A stretch of DNA of 64,000 nucleotides from Auanema rhodensis (taxonomy: Eukaryota; Animalia; Nematoda): NCBI GenBank assembly GCA_964057225.1, contig OZ059894.1, positions 22,444,001-22,508,000 on the forward strand, read 5' to 3'. Below the pieces are notes generated by a model. The model searched no databases. It saw only the letters and a list, made by a program, of their open reading frames with translations, and was not told where the DNA came from. How positions within the stretch are numbered: the first letter of the stretch is position 1; the number at the start of each line of letters is the position of its first letter. Both the position numbers and the translations under genes were made by a program. Positions 27,901 through 40,004 of the stretch are shown here, piece by piece.

Positions 27901-30882
27901 AAATCTAAAAACATCTACTTTTTGCTAAATTATTTTGAAATTTTTCGAAAAAATTTTTGTCAAAATGTTTTTGGAAGCATTGTTGAGTGTACATGGAAAC
28001 TCAACATACACTAATGCATCATTTTTCAAACGATCATTACTAATTTTTGTATCAAGCGTTTCTCAATGTAGTTTAGTGCATTCGATGCGGATTTTTAAGC
28101 TGCGTCGATCTGTGTTATCAGATTTGCGCTAGCTTAAAAATGCACCGAGATATCAACTGATATAAGTTCACACTTATATCCTCGATTTTCACCCTGAAGG
28201 AATAATTTTTTCGTTGAATAACATTGTCCATCGTCTTTGCCTTGAAAAAAGGAATCTAAAAACATCTACTTTTTGCTAAATTATTTTGAAATTTTTCGAA
28301 AAAATTTTTGTCAAAATGTTTTTGGAAGCATTGTTGAGTGTACATGGAAACTCAACATACACTAATGCATCATTTTTCAAACGATCATTACTAATTTTTG
28401 TATTAAGCGTTTCTCAATGTAGTTTAGTGCATTCGATGCGGATTTTTAAGCTGCGTCGATCTGTGTTATCAGATTTGCGCTAGCTTAAAAATGCACCGAG
28501 ATATCAACTGATATAAGTTCACACTTATATCCTCGATTTTCACCCTGAAGGAATAATTTTTTCGTTGAATAACATTGTCCATCGTCTTTGCCTTGAAAAA
28601 AGGAATCTAAAAACATCTACTTTTTGCTAAATTATTTTGAAATTTTTCGAAAAAATTTTTGTCAAAATGTTTTTGGAAGCAATGTTGAGTGTACATGGAA
28701 ACTCAACATACACTAATGCATCATTTTTCAAACGATCATAACTAATTTTTGTATTAAGCGTTTCTCAATGTAGTATAGTGCATTCGATGCGGATTTTTAA
28801 GCTGCGTCGATCTGTGTTATCAGATTTGCGCTAGCTTAAAAATGCACCGAGATATCAACTGATATAAGTTCACACTTATATCCTCGATTTTCACCCTGAA
28901 GAATTAATTTTTTCGTTGAATAACATTGTCCATCGTCTTTGCCTTGAAAAATGAAATCTAAAAACATCTACTTTTTGCTAAATTATTTTGAAATTTTTCG
29001 AAAAAATTTTTGTCAAAATGTTTTTGGAAGCATTGTTGAGTGTACATGGAAACTCAACATACACTAATGCATCATTTTTCAAACGATCATAACTAATTTT
29101 TGTATCAAGCGTTTCTCAATGTAGTTTAGTGCATTCGATGCGGATTTTTAAGCTGCGTCGATCTGTGTTATCAGATTTGCGCTAGCTTAAAAATGCACCG
29201 AGATATCAACTGATATAAGTTCACACTTATATCCTCGATTTTCACCCTGAAGAATTAATTTTTTCGTTGAATAACATTGTCCATCGTCTTTGCCTTGAAA
29301 AAAGGAATCTAAAAACATCTACTTTTTGCTAAATTATTTTGAAATTTTTCGAAAAAATTTTTGTCAAAATGTTTTTGGAAGCAATGTTGAGTGTACATGG
29401 AAACTCAACATACACTAATGCATCATTTTTCAAACGATCATAACTAATTTTTGTATTAAGCGTTTCTCAATGTAGTATAGTGCATTCGATGCGGATTTTT
29501 AAGCTGCGTCGATCTGTGTTATCAGATTTGCGCTAGCTTAAAAATGCACCGAGATATCAACTGATATAAGTTCACACTTATATCCTCGATTTTCACCCTG
29601 AAGAATTAATTTTTTCGTTGAATAACATTGTCCATCGTCTTTGCCTTGAAAAATGAAATCTAAAAACATCTACTTTTTGCTAAATTATTTTGAAATTTTT
29701 CGAAAAAATTTTTGTCAAAATGTTTTTGGAAGCATTGTTGAGTGTACATGGAAACTCAACATACACTAATGCATCATTTTTCAAACGATCATAACTAATT
29801 TTTGTATCAAGCGTTTCTCAATGTAGTTTAGTGCATTCGATGCGGATTTTTAAGCTGCGTCGATCTGTGTTATCAGATTTGCGCTAACTTAAAAATGCAC
29901 CGAGATATCAACTGATATAAGTTCACACTTATATCCTCGATTTTCACCCTGAAGAATTAATTTTTTCGTTGAATAACATTGTCCATCGTCTTTGCCTTGA
30001 AAAATGAAATCTAAAAACATCTACTTTTTGCTAAATTATTTTGAAATTTTTCGAAAAAATTTTTGTCAAAATGTTTTTGGAAGCATTGTTGAGTGTACAT
30101 GGAAACTCAACATACACTAATGCATCATTTTTCAAACGATCATAACTAATTTTTGTATCAAGCGTTTCTCAATGTAGTTTAGTGCATTCGATGCGGATTT
30201 TTAAGCTGCGTCGATCTGTGTTATCAGATTTGCGCTAACTTAAAAATGCACCGAGATATCAACTGATATAAGTTCACACTTATATCCTCGATTTTCACCC
30301 TGAAGGAATAATTTTTTCGTTGAATAACATTGTCCATCGTCTTTGCCTTGAAAAAAGGAATCTAAAAACATCTACTTTTTGCTAAATTATTTTGAAATTT
30401 TTCGAAAAAATTTTTGTCAAAATGTTTTTGGAAGCAATGTTGAGTGTACATGGAAACTCAACATACACTAATGCATCATTTTTCAAACGATCATAACTAA
30501 TTTTTGTATTAAGCGTTTCTCAATGTAGTATAGTGCATTCGATGCGGATTTTTAAGCTGCGTCGATCTGTGTTATCAGATTTGCGCTAGCTTAAAAATGC
30601 ACCGAGATATCAACTGATATAAGTTCACACTTATATCCTCGATTTTCACCCTGAAGAATTAATTTTTTCGTTGAATAACATTGTCCATCGTCTTTGCCTT
30701 GAAAAATGAAATCTAAAAACATCTACTTTTTGCTAAATTATTTTGAAATTTTTCGAAAAAATTTTTGTCAAAATGTTTTTGGAAGCATTGTTGAGTGTAC
30801 ATGGAAACTCAACATACACTAATGCATCATTTTTCAAACGATCATAACTAATTTTTGTATCAAGCGTTTCTCAATGTAGTAT
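12983..30882. repeat. Domain B: mainly 702-bp dimers with local 5- and 6-monomer duplications
   Basis: Type X (AAAAATGAAATC, m257T, m330C, m350T) alternates with type Y (AAAAAAGGAATC, m257A, m330T, m350A). m315T copies give the 65-aa ORFs. Boundaries are approximate. Confidence 0.8.
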
Positions 30883-33800
30883 AGTGCATTCGATGCGGAT
30901 TTTTAAGCTGCGTCGATCTGTGTTATCAGATTTGCGCTAGCTTAAAAATGCACCGAGATATCAACTGATATAAGTTCACACTTATATCCTCGATTTTCAC
31001 CCTGAAGGAATAATTTTTTCGTTGAATAACATTGTCCATCGTCTTTGCCTTGAAAAAAGGAATCTAAAAACATCTACTTTTTGCTAAATTATTTTGAAAT
31101 TTTTCGAAAAAATTTTTGTCAAAATGTTTTTGGAAGCATTGTTGAGTGTACATGGAAACTCAACATACACTAATGCATCATTTTTCAAACGATCATAACT
31201 AATTTTTGTATTAAGCGTTTCTCAATGTAGTATAGTGCATTCGATGCGGATTTTTCAGCTGCGTCGATCTCTGTTATCAGATTTGCGCTAGCTTAAAAAT
31301 GCACCGAGATATCAACTGATATAAGTTCACACTTATATCCTCGATTTTCACCCTGAAGAATTAATTTTTTCGTTGAATAACATTGTCCATCGTCTTTGCC
31401 TTGAATAAAGGAATCTAAAAACATCTACTTTTTGCTAAATTATTTTGAAATTTTTCGAAAAAATTTTTGTCAAAATGTTTTTGGAAGCATTGTTGAGTGT
31501 ACATGGAAACTCAACATACACTAATGCATCATTTTTCAAACGATCATAACTAATTTTTGTATCAAGCGTTTCTCAATGTAGTATAGTGCATTCGATGCGG
31601 ATTTTTAAGCTGCGTCGATCTGTGTTATCAGATTTGCGCTAGCTTAAAAATGCACCGAGATATCAACTGATATAAGTTCACACTTATATCCTCGATTTTC
31701 ACCCTGAAGGAATAATTTTTTCGTTGAATAACATTGTCCATCGTCTTTGCCTTGAAAAAAGGAATCTAAAAACATCTACTTTTTGCTAAATTATTTTGAA
31801 ATTTTTCGAAAAAATTTTTGTCAAAATGTTTTTGGAAGCATTGTTGAGTGTACATGGAAACTCAACATACACTAATGCATCATTTTTCAAACGATCATAA
31901 CTAATTTTTGTATTAAGCGTTTCTCAATGTAGTATAGTGCATTCGATGCGGATTTTTCAGCTGCGTCGATCTCTGTTATCAGATTTGCGCTAGCTTAAAA
32001 ATGCACCGAGATATCAACTGATATAAGTTCACACTTATATCCTCGATTTTCACCCTGAAGGAATAATTTTTTCGTTGAATAACATTGTCCATCGTCTTTG
32101 CCTTGAAAAAAGGAATCTAAAAACATCTACTTTTTGCTAAATTATTTTGAAATTTTTCGAAAAAATTTTTGTCAAAATGTTTTTGGAAGCAATGTTGAGT
32201 GTACATGGAAACTCAACATACACTAATGCATCATTTTTCAAACGATCATAACTAATTTTTGTATTAAGCGTTTCTCAATGTAGTATAGTGCATTCGATGC
32301 GGATTTTTAAGCTGCGTCGATCTCTGTTATCAGATTTGCGCTAGCTTAAAAATGCACCGAGATATCAACTGATATAAGTTCACACTTATATCCTCGATTT
32401 TCACCCTGAAGGAATAATTTTTTCGTTGAATAACACTGTCCATCGTCTTTGCCTTGAAAAAAGGAATCTAAAAACATCTACTTTTTGCTAAATTATTTTG
32501 AAATTTTTCGAAAAAATTTTTGTCAAAATGTTTTTGGAAGCATTGTTGAGTGTACATGGAAACTCAACATACACTAATGCATCATTTTTCAAACGATCAT
32601 AACTAATTTTTGTATCAAGCGTTTCTCAATGTAGTTTAGTGCATTCGATGCGGATTTTTAAGCTGCGTCGATCTGTGTTATCAGATTTGCGCTAGCTTAA
32701 AAATGCACCGAGATATCAACTGATATAAGTTCACACTTATATCCTCGATTTTCACCCTGAAGGAATAATTTTTTCGTTGAATAACACTGTCCATCGTCTT
32801 TGCCTTGAAAAAAGGAATCTAAAAACATCTACTTTTTGCTAAATTATTTTGATATTTTTCGAAAAAATTTTTGTCAAAATGTTTTTGGAAGCAATGTTGA
32901 GTGTACATGGAAACTCAACATACACTAATGCATCATTTTTCAAACGATCATAACTAATTTTTGTATTAAGCGTTTCTCAATGTAGTATAGTGCATTCGAT
33001 GCGGATTTTTAAGCTGCGTCGATCTGTGTTATCAGATTTGCGCTAGCTTAAAAATGCACCGAGATATCAACTGATATAAGTTCACACTTATATCCTCGAT
33101 TTTCACCCTGAAGGAATAATTTTTTCGTTGAATAACACTGTCCATCGTCTTTGCCTTGAAAAAAGGAATCTAAAAACATCTACTTTTTGCTAAATTATTT
33201 TGAAATTTTTCGAAAAAATTTTTGTCAAAATGTTTTTGGAAGCAATGTTGAGTGTACATGGAAACTCAACATACACTAATGCATCATTTTTCAAACGATC
33301 ATAACTAATTTTTGTATCAAGCGTTTCTCAATGTAGTATAGTGCATTCGATGCGGATTTTTAAGCTGCGTCGATCTCTGTTATCAGATTTGCGCTAGCTT
33401 AAAAATGCACCGAGATATCAACTGATATAAGTTCACACTTATATCCTCGATTTTCACCCTGAAGGAATAATTTTTTCGTTGAATAACATTGTCCATCGTC
33501 TTTGCCTTGAAAAAAGGAATCTAAAAACATCTACTTTTTGCTAAATTATTTTGAAATTTTGGAAAAAATTTTTGTCAAAATGTTTTTGGAAGCATTGTTG
33601 AGTGTACATGGAAACTCAACATACACTAATGCATCATTTTTCAAACGATCATAACTAATTTTTGTATCAAGCGTTTCTCAATGTAGTTTAGTGCATTCGA
33701 TGCGGATTTTTAAGCTGCGTCGATCTGTGTTATCAGATTTGCGCTAGCTTAAAAATGCACCGAGATATCAACTGATATAAGTTCACACTTATATCCTCGA

Positions 33801-36800
33801 TTTTCACCCTGAAGGAATAATTTTTTCGTTGAATAACATTGTCCATCGTCTTTGCCTTGAAAAAAGGAATCTAAAAACATCTACTTTTTGCTAAATTATT
33901 TTGAAATTTTTCGAAAAAATTTTTGTCAAAATGTTTTTGGAAGCAATGTTGAGTGTACATGGAAACTCAACATACACTAATGCATCATTTTTCAAACGAT
34001 CATAACTAATTTTTGTATTAAGCGTTTCTCAATGTAGTATAGTGCATTCGATGCGGATTTTTAAGCTGCGTCGATCTCTGTTATCAGATTTGCGCTAGCT
34101 TAAAAATGCACCGAGATATCAACTGATATAAGTTCACACTTATATCCTCGATTTTCACCCTGAAGAATTAATTTTTTCGTTGAATAACATTGTCCATCGT
34201 CTTTGCCTTGAATAAAGGAATCTAAAAACATCTACTTTTTGCTAAATTATTTTGAAATTTTTCGAAAAAATTTTTGTCAAAATGTTTTTGGAAGCAATGT
34301 TGAGTGTACATGGAAACTCAACATACACTAATGCATCATTTTTCAAACGATCATAACTAATTTTTGTATTAAGCGTTTCTCAATGTAGTATAGTGCATTC
34401 GATGCGGATTTTTAAGCTGCGTCGATCTCTGTTATCAGATTTGCGCTAGCTTAAAAATGCACCGAGATATCAACTGATATAAGTTCACACTTATATCCTC
34501 GATTTTCACCCTGAAGAATTAATTTTTTCGTTGAATAACATTGTCCATCGTCTTTGCCTTGAATAAAGGAATCTAAAAACATCTACTTTTTGCTAAATTA
34601 TTTTGAAATTTTTCGAAAAAATTTTTGTCAAAATGTTTTTGGAAGCAATGTTGAGTGTACATGGAAACTCAACATACACTAATGCATCATTTTTCAAACG
34701 ATCATAACTAATTTTTGTATTAAGCGTTTCTCAATGTAGTATAGTGCATTCGATGCGGATTTTTAAGCTGCGTCGATCTGTGTTATCAGATTTGCGCTAG
34801 CTTAAAAATGCACCGAGATATCAACTGATATAAGTTCACACTTATATCCTCGATTTTCACCCTGAAGGAATAATTTTTTCGTTGAATAACATTGTCCATC
34901 GTCTTTGCCTTGAAAAAAGGAATCTAAAAACATCTACTTTTTGCTAAATTATTTTGAAATTTTTCGAAAAAATTTTTGTCAAAATGTTTTTGGAAGCATT
35001 GTTGAGTGTACATGGAAACTCAACATACACTAATGCATCATTTTTCAAACGATCATAACTATTTTTTGTATTAAGCGTTTCTCAATGTAGTATAGTGCAT
35101 TCGATGCGGATTTTTAAGCTGCGTCGATCTCTGTTATCAGATTTGCGCTAGCTTAAAAATGCACCGAGATATCAACTGATATAAGTTCACACTTATATCC
35201 TCGATTTTCACCCTGAAGAATTAATTTTTTCGTTGAATAACATTGTCCATCGTCTTTGCCTTGAAAAATGGAATCTAAAAACATCTACTTTTTGCTAAAT
35301 TATTTTGAAATTTTTCGAAAAAATTTTTGTCAAAATGTTTTTGGAAGCATTGTTGAGTGTACATGGAAACTCAACATACACTAATGCATCATTTTTCAAA
35401 CGATCATAACTAATTTTTGTATCAAGCGTTTCTCAATGTAGTTTAGTGCATTCGATGCGGATTTTTAAGCTGCGTCGATCTGTGTTATCAGATTTGCGCT
35501 AGCTTAAAAATGCACCGAGATATCAACTGATATAAGTTCACACTTATATCCTCGATTTTCACCCTGAAGGAATAATTTTTTCGTTGAATAACACTGTCCA
35601 TCGTCTTTGCCTTGAAAAAAGGAATCTAAAAACATCTACTTTTTGCTAAATTATTTTGAAATTTTTCGAAAAAATTTTTGTCAAAATGTTTTTGGAAGCA
35701 TTGTTGAGTGTACATGGAAACTCAACATACACTAATGCATCATTTTTCAAACGATCATAACTAATTTTTGTATTAAGCGTTTCTCAATGTAGTATAGTGC
35801 ATTCGATGCGGATTTTTAAGCTGCGTCGATCTCTGTTATCAGATTTGCGCTAGCTTAAAAATGCACCGAGATATCAACTGATATAAGTTCACACTTATAT
35901 CCTCGATTTTCACCCTGAAGAATTAATTTTTTCGTTGAATAACATTGTCCATCGTCTTTGCCTTGAAAAATGGAATCTAAAAACATCTACTTTTTGCTAA
36001 ATTATTTTGAAATTTTTCGAAAAAATTTTTGTCAAAATGTTTTTGGAAGCATTGTTGAGTGTACATGGAAACTCAACATACACTAATGCATCATTTTTCA
36101 AACGATCATAACTAATTTTTGTATCAAGCGTTTCTCAATGTAGTTTAGTGCATTCGATGCGGATTTTTAAGCTGCGTCGATCTGTGTTATCAGATTTGCG
36201 CTAGCTTAAAAATGCACCGAGATATCAACTGATATAAGTTCACACTTATATCCTCGATTTTCACCCTGAAGGAATAATTTTTTCGTTGAATAACACTGTC
36301 CATCGTCTTTGCCTTGAAAAAAGGAATCTAAAAACATCTACTTTTTGCTAAATTATTTTGAAATTTTTCGAAAAAATTTTTGTCAAAATGTTTTTGGAAG
36401 CATTGTTGAGTGTACATGGAAACTCAACATACACTAATGCATCATTTTTCAAACGATCATAACTAATTTTTGTATTAAGCGTTTCTCAATGTAGTATAGT
36501 GCATTCGATGCGGATTTTTAAGCTGCGTCGATCTCTGTTATCAGATTTGCGCTAGCTTAAAAATGCACCGAGATATCAACTGATATAAGTTCACACTTAT
36601 ATCCTCGATTTTCACCCTGAAGGAATAATTTTTTCGTTGAATAACATTGTCCATCGTCTTTGCCTTGAAAAAAGGAATCTAAAAACATCTACTTTTTGCT
36701 AAATTATTTTGAAATTTTTCGAAAAAATTTTTGTCAAAATGTTTTTGGAAGCATTGTTGAGTGTACATGGAAACTCAACATACACTAATGCATCATTTTT

Positions 36801-39800
36801 CAAACGATCATAACTAATTTTTGTATTAAGCGTTTCTCAATGTAGTATAGTGCATTCGATGCGGATTTTTAAGCTGCGTCGATCTCTGTTATCAGATTTG
36901 CGCTAGCTTAAAAATGCACCGAGATATCAACTGATATAAGTTCACACTTATATCCTCGATTTTCACCCTGAAGGAATAATTTTTTCGTTGAATAACATTG
37001 TCCATCGTCTTTGCCTTGAAAAAAGGAATCTAAAAACATCTACTTTTTGCTAAATTATTTTGAAATTTTGGAAAAAATTTTTGTCAAAATGTTTTTGGAA
37101 GCAATGTTGAGTGTACATGGAAACTCAACATACACTAATGCATCATTTTTCAAACGATCATAACTAATTTTTGTATTAAGCGTTTCTCAATGTAGTATAG
37201 TGCATTCGATGCGGATTTTTAAGCTGCGTCGATCTGTGTTATCAGATTTGCGCTAGCTTAAAAATGCACCGAGATATCAACTGATATAAGTTCACACTTA
37301 TATCCTCGATTTTCACCCTGAAGGAATAATTTTTTCGTTGAATAACATTGTCCATCGTCTTTGCCTTGAAAAAAGGAATCTAAAAACATCTACTTTTTGC
37401 TAAATTATTTTGAAATTTTTCGAAAAAATTTTTGTCAAAATGTTTTTGGAAGCATTGTTGAGTGTACATGGAAACTCAACATACACTAATGCATCATTTT
37501 TCAAACGATCATAACTATTTTTTGTATTAAGCGTTTCTCAATGTAGTATAGTGCATTCGATGCGGATTTTTAAGCTGCGTCGATCTCTGTTATCAGATTT
37601 GCGCTAGCTTAAAAATGCACCGAGATATCAACTGATATAAGTTCACACTTATATCCTCGATTTTCACCCTGAAGAATTAATTTTTTCGTTGAATAACATT
37701 GTCCATCGTCTTTGCCTTGAAAAATGGAATCTAAAAACATCTACTTTTTGCTAAATTATTTTGAAATTTTTCGAAAAAATTTTTGTCAAAATGTTTTTGG
37801 AAGCATTGTTGAGTGTACATGGAAACTCAACATACACTAATGCATCATTTTTCAAACGATCATAACTAATTTTTGTATCAAGCGTTTCTCAATGTAGTTT
37901 AGTGCATTCGATGCGGATTTTTAAGCTGCGTCGATCTGTGTTATCAGATTTGCGCTAGCTTAAAAATGCACCGAGATATCAACTGATATAAGTTCACACT
38001 TATATCCTCGATTTTCACCCTGAAGGAATAATTTTTTCGTTGAATAACACTGTCCATCGTCTTTGCCTTGAAAAAAGGAATCTAAAAACATCTACTTTTT
38101 GCTAAATTATTTTGAAATTTTTCGAAAAAATTTTTGTCAAAATGTTTTTGGAAGCATTGTTGAGTGTACATGGAAACTCAACATACACTAATGCATCATT
38201 TTTCAAACGATCATAACTAATTTTTGTATTAAGCGTTTCTCAATGTAGTATAGTGCATTCGATGCGGATTTTTAAGCTGCGTCGATCTCTGTTATCAGAT
38301 TTGCGCTAGCTTAAAAATGCACCGAGATATCAACTGATATAAGTTCACACTTATATCCTCGATTTTCACCCTGAAGGAATAATTTTTTCGTTGAATAACA
38401 TTGTCCATCGTCTTTGCCTTGAAAAAAGGAATCTAAAAACATCTACTTTTTGCTAAATTATTTTGAAATTTTGGAAAAAATTTTTGTCAAAATGTTTTTG
38501 GAAGCATTGTTGAGTGTACATGGAAACTCAACATACACTAATGCATCATTTTTCAAACGATCATAACTAATTTTTGTATCAAGCGTTTCTCAATGTAGTT
38601 TAGTGCATTCGATGCGGATTTTTAAGCTGCGTCGATCTGTGTTATCAGATTTGCGCTAGCTTAAAAATGCACCGAGATATCAACTGATATAAGTTCACAC
38701 TTATATCCTCGATTTTCACCCTGAAGGAATAATTTTTTCGTTGAATAACACTGTCCATCGTCTTTGCCTTGAAAAAAGGAATCTAAAAACATCTACTTTT
38801 TGCTAAATTATTTTGAAATTTTTCGAAAAAATTTTTGTCAAAATGTTTTTGGAAGCATTGTTGAGTGTACATGGAAACTCAACATACACTAATGCATCAT
38901 TTTTCAAACGATCATAACTAATTTTTGTATTAAGCGTTTCTCAATGTAGTATAGTGCATTCGATGCGGATTTTTAAGCTGCGTCGATCTCTGTTATCAGA
39001 TTTGCGCTAGCTTAAAAATGCACCGAGATATCAACTGATATAAGTTCACACTTATATCCTCGATTTTCACCCTGAAGGAATAATTTTTTCGTTGAATAAC
39101 ACTGTCCATCGTCTTTGCCTTGAAAAAAGGAATCTAAAAACATCTACTTTTTGCTAAATTATTTTGAAATTTTTCGAAAAAATTTTTGTCAAAATGTTTT
39201 TGGAAGCATTGTTGAGTGTACATGGAAACTCAACATACACTAATGCATCATTTTTCAAACGATCATAACTAATTTTTGTATTAAGCGTTTCTCAATGTAG
39301 TATAGTGCATTCGATGCGGATTTTTAAGCTGCGTCGATCTCTGTTATCAGATTTGCGCTAGCTTAAAAATGCACCGAGATATCAACTGATATAAGTTCAC
39401 ACTTATATCCTCGATTTTCACCCTGAAGGAATAATTTTTTCGTTGAATAACATTGTCCATCGTCTTTGCCTTGAAAAAAGGAATCTAAAAACATCTACTT
39501 TTTGCTAAATTATTTTGAAATTTTGGAAAAAATTTTTGTCAAAATGTTTTTGGAAGCATTGTTGAGTGTACATGGAAACTCAACATACACTAATGCATCA
39601 TTTTTCAAACGATCATAACTAATTTTTGTATTAAGCGTTTCTCAATGTAGTATAGTGCATTCGATGCGGATTTTTAAGCTGCGTCGATCTCTGTTATCAG
39701 ATTTGCGCTAGCTTGAAAATGCACCGAGATATCAACTGATATAAGTTCACACTTATATCCTCGATTTTCACCCTGAAGGAATAATTTTTTCGTTGAATAA

Positions 39801-40004
39801 CATTGTCCATCGTCTTTGCCTTGAAAAAAGGAATCTAAAAACATCTACTTTTTGCTAAATTATTTTGAAATTTTTCGAAAAAATTTTTGTCAAAATGTTT
39901 TTGGAAGCAATGTTGAGTGTACATGGAAACTCAACATACACCAATGCATCATTTTTCAAACGATCATAACTAATTTTTGTATTAAGCGTTTCTCAATGTA
40001 GTAT
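30883..40004. repeat. Domain C: irregular block sharing m38C, m150C and the 350-bp TTTTGG allele with domain A
   Basis: TTTTGGAAAAAA occurs in monomers starting 33340, 36849, 38252 and 39304; AACACTG and GATCTCTG are frequent; m178A is absent. Boundaries are approximate. Confidence 0.75.
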
